Below are positions 12,168 to 23,481 of a DNA stretch of 52,366 bases, in pieces. The position numbers and the translations under genes were made by a program. Where the stretch lies: positions 1 to 52,366 of the forward strand of contig JALJEE010000706.1 in the NCBI GenBank assembly GCA_023231475.1, written 5' to 3'. Below the pieces are notes generated by a model. It made no database searches. It was not told the DNA's origin and saw only the letters and a program-made list of their open reading frames with translations. The first letter of the stretch is position 1; each line of letters starts with the position of its first letter. This stretch comes from Seison nebaliae. Its lineage: Eukaryota.

Positions 12168-12699
12168 TTTGCCAATTTCCGTGGTCACTCTGCACAAAGT
12201 CAATCATAGGCGTTATACGAAACAAAGAAATTCCTAGTAGGAATTTCCTACCAAACAAAATTCGCAGGAGAATATTATTACATCATCGATCGTTCTCCTT
12301 GTTGCCTTTTGAGAGGTATGTGTCTCTAATCGATATTATCAGTAATCAATAATTTTTATGCTTTGTGAATAATATGAAATGTGGTTCAATATTTCATCAT
12401 TATTATTGTTCAATAAACATAGTGCAGAGCAGAGGATTCGTATTATTATCCTTTATAACATGTACTTCCCAAACATATCGAAGACCTCTCAAAAATTTAA
12501 TTCTCCAATGGTATTTTTGGAATGATAAAGGAAGACGGGTATTATTAGTTGGAGTACCACTACACGGATAACTAAAATAATTGGAAAAGTGAACTATTAA
12601 CCTTAAATAATTCACAGAAAAATGAAAAAATTCCCAATTTCCGAGAAATACGACATTTGAAAGTGAAGATGATTGAAGCAAATCTTGATGAAAGTATTT

Positions 12700-13171
12700 G
12701 GTTCAAAGTGATGTTGTATCTTTCTCTGAACGAAAATTGGCTAGAAAACAATTTAGATATGCCGTAAGAGATCTGTTGAGGCGAAATGAAGCAGAGGTCT
12801 TCGCTGAGTTAGTGGATAATAATAATTCTGCGAAATTCTAGTCTCTCATGTGTAGAAAGAGTCAACATTCCACTAATTCTATTCAAATGAATTTGTTCGT
12901 AAACTACTTTCGTTCCTCTATGTACGATCCTTCCATTTCACCAAGACAAGAAGAATCATCTCTCGCAAATCAATCTGGTTCGTTCAATGAAGTTGCTGTT
13001 ACGGAATTCAAGTCTGCACTATCTTGCATGGACTTAGTTAAATCGCATGGTGTCGATGATTGGTGTCTCAAGTTGGTATCTGGACTTGATGATACGTCGA
13101 TTCCGTTTCCATCATTCCTGTTTATAAAGGATATGGTAAACCTTTGTCTGATGTCAACTGGTATCTGCTAA
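12700..13171 (+). mobile_element. LINE ORF2 relic (linker between endonuclease and RT)
   Basis: RKQFRYAV...SAKF*SL...FVNYF...EVAVTEFKSALSCMDLVKSHGVDDWCLK matches the pre-RT pattern 'FW...F..yF...Ev..al..l...Ks.G.D'. Interrupted by stops. Confidence 0.65.
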
Positions 13172-13558
13172 TAATCATCTTCTATTACCTGCATGAGATA
13201 TTACCAGAAATTATTTGAAGGAAACTTATTACCAATTGAACTAGTTCTAGAACTGATACGTAAGATAATTTTATTTATTTATCGTTATTTCCTTGGAGGG
13301 TTATAAATTTTTCGTTAGGCATATATAAAAAGAGAATGATCTCGACAAGGAAAATAGATGGAAATATTAATTAGAAAGATTAACTAGATTCTTTTAATCG
13401 AAGATGAATTGAAAATTTGCATATAATATTTTTGCGTAAAAAAATAAATCGATTAAAAAAAGAAAGATATACTGAAATGGAATTTTCTAATAAGTTCTGA
13501 AATCAATATATTCCGGAATAAATAAATAAATAGTTTTCAATTTTTCTTCAGAAATAAT

Positions 13559-14812
13559 TTATTGTTTATTTGCATGTGCTCGAATCCACGTCTGTTGTTT
13601 TTCGTCCACTGAACGAACTTTCCTTTTCCATCCATTAAGAAGATCGGTATAACTAGTTTCATCGAACTTTTCAATAAATTCCGTTTTCTTATCTTCCATA
13701 ACTTTTATCTCTTGTATGAGAACTTGACGGAAACGATCTCCCGTATCACATGAATCGACTGATTTGAATCCAGCCTTCTCCAACAATTCTCCATATTCTT
13801 TCGGTGTGGTTAAAGTGTAGCCACGTTGTTTGACATATGCACTGAATTCGTCGTTCCATTCATTTCCTGCATGACCATAATCTGTTATTAATAATTCGCC
13901 GGTGGGTTTCAACCATTTATTGAATCGTTGGAATAATGTCAATTTATCTTTGATGTGGAGGATGGCATCGCGCGAATAGATGAGATCGAATGCTTCCGCT
14001 CCATATTCCACTTTCATCACATCGGCAACATCATAAATTATTTTGAAATTCTTCGACGCTTTTCGAGCCACATCGATCATGTTATAAGACAAGTCGATTC
14101 CGACGATTTCAATGTCCAATTCTTTCGAGAGATATTCATCACCTCCTCCAATACCACAACCAACGTCTAATAATCGAGGGCGACGGTTTTCACGGAACTT
14201 CGAACGGAAATTTTTTAAATATTTTTTCATTAATTCTTCCGTCGTTTCTTTGCCGCCGGTGGATACGAATCCTTCTCCAAACATAAATTCATATTTGAGA
14301 ATTGATGGCATTTTGTATTGTTGATGATCAAGAAAATGTTGAAATGATTTGTGATCGGCGAATTTCTTCGAACTCACTTCTCGTTTCTCATAGACACACG
14401 TCACATTCTTTTCTCTCTCATCCAAATGTTCATGAATGACATCGAGAACGTAATTGACAGATTGAGTTGTCTCAATTTCATTTTTAATATATTCCAATTT
14501 TCGACTGATATCCAATAATTCTAATGATTTATTTTTGGAAGATAAAATTATTATGAATCTCCCACCACATTTCACCTTCTCCACCGGTTTCTTCACCAAC
14601 TCATTCGTAATCTCGTCCGTGTTGCTGGTGTCTTTCTCATAAATGAAAATATCGAACAATTTCTCAGACGATTGATCGGAGGAGGTTGTCGTCGTTGTTC
14701 CAGAAAGGAACGGTGCCAATAACGATTTCGTTCTTTCATTCTCACCATCATATTGAACTTCTGTGTTGGGGGAGATGTATGAAGTGATATTCATGATCTG
14801 CTGATTCATCAT
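13559..14812 (-). CDS. PMT: Phosphoethanolamine N-methyltransferase, PMT-2-like architecture (vestigial N-domain plus intact C-terminal SAM-dependent MT domain)
   Basis: FQHFLDHQQY..SILKYEFMFGEGFVSTGG, LLDVGCGIGGG, YSRDAILHIKDK, WLKPTGELLITDY and YVKQRGY are hallmarks of the second PEAMT domain. Confidence 0.92.
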   Translation of the reverse strand: MMNQQIMNITSYISPNTEVQYDGENERTKSLLAPFLSGTTTTTSSDQSSEKLFDIFIYEKDTSNTDEITNELVKKPVEKVKCGGRFIIILSSKNKSLELLDISRKLEYIKNEIETTQSVNYVLDVIHEHLDEREKNVTCVYEKREVSSKKFADHKSFQHFLDHQQYKMPSILKYEFMFGEGFVSTGGKETTEELMKKYLKNFRSKFRENRRPRLLDVGCGIGGGDEYLSKELDIEIVGIDLSYNMIDVARKASKNFKIIYDVADVMKVEYGAEAFDLIYSRDAILHIKDKLTLFQRFNKWLKPTGELLITDYGHAGNEWNDEFSAYVKQRGYTLTTPKEYGELLEKAGFKSVDSCDTGDRFRQVLIQEIKVMEDKKTEFIEKFDETSYTDLLNGWKRKVRSVDEKQQTWIRAHANKQ

Positions 14813-15101
14813 GAGAACGAGAGAGAGAAGAAGTTTTTAATGTATGAATTTAATTTAAAAATTTTTTTTTACAATTAAATTTTTTTTTTCATTAAATTTA
14901 TGAAAGAAATTTTCATTCTCTTTTCATTCTTCCAACATCATTCGTCGAATGTGATAGAAACATCGAAAGAAAAAGGAAGAGAGAGAAAGAGAGAAAAAAA
15001 AACTTTGAACTTACATCATTCGATAAAATTTCAAATTATTAATTTTGTTATTGTTGTTGTTGCTGTTGTTGTTAATCTTTCGTTCTCTTTTTCTCTATTA
15101 T

Positions 15102-15857
15102 TTATTCGTCTGATTCGTCATCTATCCAATCTGCATCATCTTCCTCGTCCTCAATCATCTCCTCTTCCTCCTCCTCCTCCTCATCATCATCATCATCATC
15201 ATCTTCTTCTTCTTCGTCCGATATCTGCTGACTTTTCTTTCCTCTCACCATATCAGACGTAAACATCGAATTATTCATTCCAATTAAATCAAATTCATTC
15301 GAATCCGTTTTATTCGGATCGAATATCATCTGCGTTTGAGCGACAACATTCTTCATGACAGATGCATTCTTCTTACTCCTCATTCGTCGATGAATTATAT
15401 AATCGATCATTTTACCTTTAAACTTTTTTTAGTGGAAAAAATGAAAGAAAGTTAGAAAAGAAAAAAATTTAACTTTTCTTCCATTCAATTCTATTAAATA
15501 ATTTCCAGTCAAGTTACATTTCTCTAAAATTTTAAAATCACTTCTCCGACACTCTTCATTCACGCTCACATCCTCATCCATCAATGGCGACAATGATGGG
15601 GAAACTGACGATTTTGTCGATGATGTCACACATCTTTCATTCTCATCAATTGACGTCTCATTTACCGTTAGACGGCCAATTGATTCCGTTACCATCGACT
15701 GTTTCGAATGGTGAGGTCTCGTATAATTCGCCTGATTCATTTTAATGTTTTTCGTGAATTCTCCGTTATTAATTCCGAAGAAAGACATTGTGAAGAAATC
15801 ATTTTCTTCGCTTTCAATCGTTTCCCATTCATCATCTTCTTCTACAATTCGCTCCAT
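15102..15857 (-). CDS. Acidic two-exon protein, possibly TFIIIC subunit 6 (GTF3C6)-like
   Basis: Intron 15473-15423 (51 nt, GTT..AAG) joins two same-frame ORFs. EEDDEWE...MSFFGI and FKIL...LIELNGRKFKG..D...TQMIF resemble TFIIIC_sub6. Acidic tail. Confidence 0.45.
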
Positions 15858-16339
15858 TTCTTTTGAGGATGAGACGAATAAATCGAACGATCTCCTATCG
15901 AACCACAATTAGTTTAGATAAAATTATGACAATTTTTTGAATCATCTAAATTTCTTTAATTTTCATTTGAAGCCTATTACATCCCCAAACCATCACTTCT
16001 ACATCGTCTATCAACTTTTAATAATTTATAACGATTTGTAATTTTTTCCATTATATTTGTATTATAAAACATTTTTTCTTATTTTTTTTTTTTACTATTC
16101 ATGTCAAATCCCCGCAATTTAATGGAATAAATTGGATTTAATTAATAATTTTAATAAATCAATTTATTTAAAATTTTTTTTTAATTAAAAAGAAAAAATG
16201 AAAACTTTTTAAAGGAGTTGTTTAAAATAAGATTCGTACCAGGCATAATAAAATCCTTGAATTAATCCTTGGAACGTAGGAATTAATGTCGAAATTTGAT
16301 GACATCGATAATGCCTCCTCTAGCGAAGGCGGACAATTT

Positions 16340-16570
16340 AACGAGTAATAACGGCAGAAAAATTGGAGAGGCGACGAGAAGTTCTCACGGAACTGGGAAA
16401 GTTGAATTACGAACAGAATCAACTACTTTCAGATACCTCTGTACTAGGAGTAGTGATAAAGTAGTCAGTTCGCAGATTGTGAACATAAATGCTCTATTAA
16501 AAGGCTTATGACATCCAAGCATCATCCGAATTGTTCAATTATACAACGATGTATATGGACGATCAAGACA
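16340..16570 (-). mobile_element. LINE ORF2 C-terminal relic (L2/CR1-clade-like)
   Basis: YN*TIRMMLGCHKPFNRAFMFTICELTTLSLLLVQRYLKVVDSVRNS resembles the post-RT 'YN..lR.llg.p...sas.mF....l.t...ll......r...S.n' tail. Confidence 0.4.
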
Positions 16571-16724
16571 ACGTAATAATTTTTCGGTAAAATTCTTAAT
16601 TTTAATTTATTTTTCTTCAAGTTTATCTCATCAATTTCTAAAGAATTCATATGATTTATAAAAGTTTCATAAAATATTTCAATTAATAAATTTTAGTATT
16701 TTGAAATTATTCACGTAATATTAC

Positions 16725-17210
16725 TCATTCCCTAGCGAGGTCTAATGATTCTGCGATGAAATATACCATAAACACTAAGACTACGGCTGTGAAGAGTATT
16801 AAGAGTTCACTTGGTTTGTTCTTAAACTCAACATCTTTCTTACTCCTTGCTATATTCTTAATCTGCATGTGTGTTTGAATTCCAACATCAATCTCTTTTT
16901 TTTCTTCCTTAATTTTAGTTTCGATCGAGTTCGATTTTAATTCATCTTTTTCTCTCATTAATTCCAAATCAGTTAAACCAATCTTATTCATTTGGTCCGA
17001 TTGATTCTTAGAATGATTGTTGGCTGAATGCGATATAGCTAATTCTGTAAGTGTTTTATAATTTGACCTGTCTTCAGTCCAACGCTCCTTCTCCCCAAGA
17101 ATTTTTCCATTTAACCAACTAATTTGTTTCGAAAGCATTTTTATTCGGGTTGACTGATTGTTTAATCTCTCTTTACATTCATAATCCCAACCAATTTTCC
17201 TTGACGACAT
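16725..17210 (-). CDS. Small coiled-coil protein with a C-terminal transmembrane anchor (161 aa)
   Basis: First ATG at 17210. Heptad-like charged region, then LLILFTAVVLVFMVYFIA near the C-terminus. Confidence 0.55.
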   Translation of the reverse strand: MSSRKIGWDYECKERLNNQSTRIKMLSKQISWLNGKILGEKERWTEDRSNYKTLTELAISHSANNHSKNQSDQMNKIGLTDLELMREKDELKSNSIETKIKEEKKEIDVGIQTHMQIKNIARSKKDVEFKNKPSELLILFTAVVLVFMVYFIAESLDLARE

Positions 17211-17869
17211 CGTTAGAATAGCAAAAGTTTCAATTAAAGAATAATTTAATAGCAATTGAAATATATTGAAAGAAATCGTAATATATATATATCCAACTAT
17301 GGTAGTTAAATGAAAAATTAAAAATGAAAATTTAAACAATTTTTCATTTTTCAATTGGATGACAATCGAAAGGAGATCGATGAAATGTGCACAGTTTGTA
17401 GTGCGTTCAAAGGCAACTAAGCACTATTATTAACTATTACGTATGTATCTGAAAAAATAATGAAAGTTTACCCACTAACCTTTTCGATACTGATAATTTC
17501 AATAAATTCAATAATAAAATAATTTCAACTATAGTTTACTATTGACTCGGAAATACGAAAAAATAATTTTTCAAAAATGTTCAATAATTTCGTTTTTGAA
17601 TATTGAATATTTTAAAATAAATTGATAATAAACATAAAAAAAATTCATGATAATTAAACGTTTAAAAATGAAGTGATGGGAAAATGTTGTAGTTGATTGA
17701 TTGAGTGAGATAATTAAACTGTTGACTTGTTTTTGTTTAGAAGATAATGTGATGCAATATCCAATAATTTTTATTGAAGATAACAATAAGAAAATTGGAA
17801 TTTGATTTTAGTTCAAGAATTAATTAATTTCAACGTAAATATATACTATCATTCGATGAAAGGGAATAA

Positions 17870-20371
17870 TCAAGCATGAGTGATGAATGGAACCGATTGA
17901 AGATAAGTGCAAATCAATGTAATAATTTGAGCATTATCGGGAAATTTAGTTCTCAAATTCTCTTTCATCACCTTCGTAATGAAATACAATCGTTCTTTGA
18001 TGAGTTGAAATGGAGTTCGTTGATATAGGAAATATTCTCCAATAGTTGGATCGGTGGTGAAGAAATGATATAAATTATCACCTTCTTTATGAAGATTCAT
18101 TTTGTGGATGAGTTGAAATGATCGATACATTCGTAGTAGATTATCAGCCACATCTCGAGTAATTGCACATTTCGCTTTGATTAGTTTCCGCTCGATGATT
18201 GTCCGAATCGGTTTATTTTCTTCGATGGCGTCATATTTCTCAATGAGAAGTAACGGTTTCGTTCGTTCCATCCAACTCTGTCTGATTATTGGTGGTCTCT
18301 TCTTTAATTCGTAATAAGTTTGACGTCCTTTCCTCGTCATATGTCTCGACCAATGACAACGATTTGTACAAACGAAACAATAACCGTTCTCGTCGATGCA
18401 CCAGCAATTGGCCTTCTTTGATGGGTCGTAGATGTCGCACGAAATATGACATGTTTCTTCACAATATCCACAAAAATTTGTTTTCTCTTCAATTTCTTTC
18501 TCTCGTTTGATGATGGTGGATGATGGATAGACGGTGAACTGTTGAAATCCCTTTTCGTTGATAATCGTCGATCTTTTGGCGATTTCAGTCATATTTCTTT
18601 CGATTTCATTCCAGTTAGTCAAAGCCGTCATCAGACGGTCTTTGCACATATGGATTTGATAAAGAAGAAATTGACGTCGCTCATCGACTCGTTTCATTAA
18701 CCGAATATTAATTGTCGTATCCAAATTGTTCAATTGAGAGAAGAAACTACGAAACACTTTCTCCATATTGCCCCATTTGACTCGATTCATCGAATTCCGA
18801 TCAACATACAATTGAGATGGATCATAAACATAAGATTGGAGGTTGGATGACAAAAGATTACAATGTTGAATCAGAATGTTATTCTGATGTAAAGAATTGG
18901 GTGAATTGGTGGATAAGGAAGCGGAAGAGAAAGTGGTTGATAATTTGGAAGGAATAGCCTCATTATCTTGAATGACAAGAATGAGACGTTGATTAATTTG
19001 TTCGTTCATAAACAGACTTTCTAATCGATTCAATAAAAGAACATCCTCCTTCACAATCGTATCATTCTCTAATCGTACGACGATTAATAAGGCGTTAATA
19101 TGATTCTTTTGACAAAGAATTCTACAAATGTCATTATCTAATCGATTCACATAATAATAATCGAGAACATCATCCGAATTCTTATCAGGATCGTTACTCA
19201 ATTCCATCTTATTTCTCAACGTTCTCTCATTCTTATTCACCGAACGATTAAATTGACTTCTCGGCAGTCGTTTCACTTTATTCGAATTATTCTCATTCAT
19301 CACATTCATTAATCGCATCTTCTCATCCTCCACTCTTACCAATTCCCTCATATTCACATAAGCGATATCGATATTATATCCGTGACCATATTCCACTCCA
19401 TAAAGATTGAAATTTAATGACCGTTTCATCGTATCTAATTCATAAAGTCGAAATCGGAAATCGTCATTACTGTTCACTTTAAAGAAACAATTTATCATAG
19501 AATTGAGGAAATCTTTCCCGTCATCATGATGATTCGTTAGAATCATTACCGTTCGCTTGATATCGATATCGTGATTGAAATCTGGTTTCAAATTGAAATC
19601 GCCACAACTCATCACATTCTTCTCTTTCATTTCATCACCAGTCGTTGTTGTAGTTGTGGTGGTGGTGGTGGTAGTAGTTGATTCGGTTGAATTACAACTC
19701 AATTTCTTCACATTCACATTAAATAAGGGAAGTCTTAAGATGCGCAAACGGTTCTTTATCGACACACGGAAACAAGTACGACTTAAGTAGAGGAGAGCAT
19801 TCCGATATTGTGCTTCATCCAGATGAATACTGTGATGTTGGACGAACTCGCTGGAAATACCATATCGCATCCATTTCGAACGGATATGCATTAATCTCCT
19901 CACTTCCTCTTCATTTCGAATCAATAGAAACAATTCGTAATGTGAGAGATGGGCGAAATCGGCTCCATTCCAGAAACAATCATTGGTAAATAAATTTGCC
20001 ACTTTCTGATGATCCGTATTTACCAACAAATTCAACAATTCGAATCGACCTAAACTTTCCAACGATCGATAACCATTTTGAATGTTCTGCTCCTTACTCA
20101 ACCACGAATCGAATCGATACGATAATAAATCGTCTTTAATGATCTTTCTGATCTGATCGAAAGATATTCTCAATAATTTCTCTCCGTCCAACGAAATCTT
20201 TTTCCCCTTCAACTTCTCCACCACCTCCGATAGTTCGTTGTCAATCAACAATTGCTCAATTTCATGAGCCGTTAATGTGGAGAAATGATGAACACCATCC
20301 CAAACACCTTTACCACTTCGAATCTTGTTCTTGATGGGAACGGGATGTTTATTCGAGCTGAGAGAAGACAT
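17870..20371 (-). CDS. Two SAM-like domains, a degenerate septin/AIG1-like GTPase domain, a coiled coil and a Cys/His-rich module
   Basis: Two 'L...e...lL....l..v...f.....dG..ll.ls..el' SAM-like repeats. RTVMIL....GKDFLNSMINCFFKV..DDFRFRL is family-like. C-terminal CxxCxxTCHxxC...C.C....G.C.VC...C.W..H. Confidence 0.75.
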   Translation of the reverse strand: MSSLSSNKHPVPIKNKIRSGKGVWDGVHHFSTLTAHEIEQLLIDNELSEVVEKLKGKKISLDGEKLLRISFDQIRKIIKDDLLSYRFDSWLSKEQNIQNGYRSLESLGRFELLNLLVNTDHQKVANLFTNDCFWNGADFAHLSHYELFLLIRNEEEVRRLMHIRSKWMRYGISSEFVQHHSIHLDEAQYRNALLYLSRTCFRVSIKNRLRILRLPLFNVNVKKLSCNSTESTTTTTTTTTTTTTGDEMKEKNVMSCGDFNLKPDFNHDIDIKRTVMILTNHHDDGKDFLNSMINCFFKVNSNDDFRFRLYELDTMKRSLNFNLYGVEYGHGYNIDIAYVNMRELVRVEDEKMRLMNVMNENNSNKVKRLPRSQFNRSVNKNERTLRNKMELSNDPDKNSDDVLDYYYVNRLDNDICRILCQKNHINALLIVVRLENDTIVKEDVLLLNRLESLFMNEQINQRLILVIQDNEAIPSKLSTTFSSASLSTNSPNSLHQNNILIQHCNLLSSNLQSYVYDPSQLYVDRNSMNRVKWGNMEKVFRSFFSQLNNLDTTINIRLMKRVDERRQFLLYQIHMCKDRLMTALTNWNEIERNMTEIAKRSTIINEKGFQQFTVYPSSTIIKREKEIEEKTNFCGYCEETCHISCDIYDPSKKANCWCIDENGYCFVCTNRCHWSRHMTRKGRQTYYELKKRPPIIRQSWMERTKPLLLIEKYDAIEENKPIRTIIERKLIKAKCAITRDVADNLLRMYRSFQLIHKMNLHKEGDNLYHFFTTDPTIGEYFLYQRTPFQLIKERLYFITKVMKENLRTKFPDNAQIITLICTYLQSVPFITHA

Positions 20372-20694
20372 CTCTTTATGGAATATGGAATATTCTATAA
20401 AAGTCTATTAAATTCAAATAAAATTTCCTCCTTTCTTTCCTTTTGATGAAGTATCGAATATATTCTATCTTAAGATTTTATCCCGTCCAAATTTTTGATA
20501 TGTAAAATGATTGGGAGATTTCGTTTGAATGAACGATAATCGATAGGAAATGATAGTAACTAATTCGAACGAAGAAAACGTATGAAAATGAAAACAAAAT
20601 TATTCTTTATTCATTTCTGACTGACATCAAATGAAATATTCAGTCCTTAAATACCAAAAATAATAAAAAAAAGTGAAATGGAAATGAAAATTTT

Positions 20695-23027
20695 TCAATT
20701 TTTCAATTTTCTTTTAATTTCGATTGCGATTGACTTTCCCAAATCATTTGCATCGTCAAATAAACCTTTCGTCCATTTGTAGTGTGAGGTGTAAGCAATA
20801 CGTTCGTCATCGTTCAAAATATCTTCCAAAGAATAGAATTTGAAAGTTTTTCGTTTCTCATCTTTTTCAGAAGTGGTTTCTTCTGAATTACTTTCCGAAT
20901 TGATATCGAAATCGCTCTCATTGACATTCCGATTCCAAATCTTACTAATTGTTCTATTGAATTCTTGAATTGCTTCCGCATGTTCTTTCGATTTAACATT
21001 CGTCTCATCAAGTGTTACGCGACCATTATGATAATTACCATCGTCACTCGATATATTCCGTCGTCTGGTACGAATAAGACATTTCTCATTCGATCCAGAA
21101 GAACTTTCAATTTGAGAACGATCTCTATTCATCGATTGAACAGTTTCCTCATCAATATCATCATCTTCAAATAGATCAGCATAACTTTCATTCATCACAT
21201 CATCATTCTCACCATCACTTTCACTTACTATCGACTCGTTCGGCAATTCTCCCACACCGTCACTATTAAAAATTTCTGTGAGATATTCATTTCCATATGA
21301 TGGAGATGAATGATCGGAAGACGTTCCAGATCGAACGGGAGAAGTTGTTTTCTTTCGTTTCTTTACCATCATAATGGTATCACTCGTATAAAAGGAAGAA
21401 GAAGGAATGAGTATATTATTATATTCGATCATTCCATTCTTTTCCTCTGTTGACATCGAATAAATTTCATTTTCATTTGATCGAAGAATTCTCGTTTGTT
21501 CCAAATGAATCATTCTCTCACCATCATCCAAATAATAAGTGACACACAATTTCATTTTAAGATCTATCGTCGCAATCATATGAGATATACCTTCAAATGA
21601 ATCATATACCGCCAATTGTTTCTTCATTGGAACAATCGACGTACTCATCGATATAGGAGTACTACAGCCAGCATTCAACTCTTTCAAAATCGCCCTCTCA
21701 CAAATACAACGCAATAACGACGGAGCATCCGACATACTTTTTATCAGATTTCCTATTTCTTCATTCGTCACATTCCCTCGACTACATTGAATTGCTAACG
21801 ATCCTTGTCCCGCTGCATATTCCAATAACACTTTCAATCGACCATCGAAAATAGCCGGATTATATTCACCAAATCGTACCTTTAGAGAAAAGAAAAAAAA
21901 TCATAAAAAATTAACAAGAAAATTATAAGTTTAAAAGAATTTTCACAACGACTTTCTACACAAACAATTAATTAAATTTTATAAAAATTGTTCGTGAAAG
22001 AAGAAATTTTATGAAAATTGTTCGGAAAAAAGAAATTTTTTTATGAAAATTCTTCATGAAAGAAGAAATTTTGGAGGATATGAGAAAATAAAAGAAAACC
22101 ATAAAATTATCATAATCTATTTCCAATCGATCTAAAGCAGCACCTGCCATCAACGTTGCAGAATAATGATATTTGTCTTTGTTGCGTAACTTGAACAATC
22201 TGGTTTGAATGTTTCCCCGAATATCTTTGAAATTGAATTTGCCTTTACCAAACGCATAATTAATTTGAGCAATACGTCGTGGAGATGACGTTCCTAATGT
22301 CAAATTATCTGGCAATTTATCGAGATTGTGCACATGAACTTTCGGGGCAAATAAGAGAACATCGTGAACTGTTTCTCTCTCGCTCACTGAACAAATGACC
22401 AATTGTTCATTCATGTAACAACTGGGCAGATCTTTGAGTGAATGAACGACAACGTCATGTCTTCCGTCAATTAATCTCTCTTCTAATTCTTTCGTGAATA
22501 TTCCTGTTTGTCCGAATGATTTCAACGGATCTTTCACGTTCTTATCACCGATTGTCGACATTCCATCAATTTGGCATTTTATCGGAAACAGATCCGTTAC
22601 CGCATCTGCAACACTTCCATCAATTGACAAATTGAAAAAAAATAGAAATTATTTTAGTTTTTCTGTTAGAAAATTTTTTCTAATAATAGTTAATAAAAAT
22701 TAATTTGATATGTCCTACAAGAGAAAGTTGGAAGGTTTTGGGAGAAACTCTTTCCTTCTTGTCAAGAGGAAAAGAAATGAAATTTTATATTAACAATTTC
22801 GATTGTATTAATGCCAAAGTTGAATTGCGACTGCCAATTCGAAGAATCGATAATTCGTCTTCCTCTTCTTCGTCTGATGATTCGTTCAACGAATCCAAAA
22901 CTTCCATCTCATAATCACTATCGTCACTACTCTCCTCTAATTTCAAATCTTTATCATCATCAATCTCGTCGGGAGATGATTGATCGGGCGAATTTGGTGA
23001 CGATGAACTCTTTTCACCACATTCCAT
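20695..23027 (-). CDS. HMBS: Hydroxymethylbilane synthase (porphobilinogen deaminase), 3 exons, ~643 aa
   Basis: LRIGSRNSTLALIQ, MSTIGDK, GIFTKELE, VVHSLKDLP, GTSSPRRIAQ, IRGNIQTRL, AAGQGSLA and cofactor Cys in LNAGCSTPI. Inferred introns 22794-22614 and 22099-21880 restore the frame. Confidence 0.95.
21975..22072. repeat. About three imperfect copies of a ~30-nt unit inside HMBS intron 2
   Basis: AAATTTTAT(G/A)AAAATT(G/C)TTC..GAAA..AG repeated. Confidence 0.7.
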
Positions 23028-23481
23028 ATTTCTTTATGTTATGAAAAATTATGTTGCTTGATAATAATCGCTTGAAATTAATAAAAACGAGAAACACAAA
23101 ATCTGAGCTAAATAGTCGAAGAGATAAAAATCGAGCAGAATACAATCTTACAATTATTAGTTCATTCTTATAAAGAATTGAACTAGTGAAAAGCTGAAGT
23201 AGAAACGAAAGGCAATTTTGAGAAAGAATTCTTCGTTTTTTTATGATTGAGATTTTCAAATTTTTTATCAAGTTCTAACGTTTCCGCTAAAAAAAGTAAA
23301 AGTCAACTAAAATTAATTAAGAAGTTGAAAAACGATAAAAATTTGATAGAAATGTTAGAAAATTGTTAGAAAGACAATTCGCAGAAAATTCTCGTCTCTC
23401 GTTTTTGAATAGGAAAAAAGAATGATAATTGGAAGAAATTTAAATTTCTATGAACATCTGATCCATATTTTGTGATGTTGA

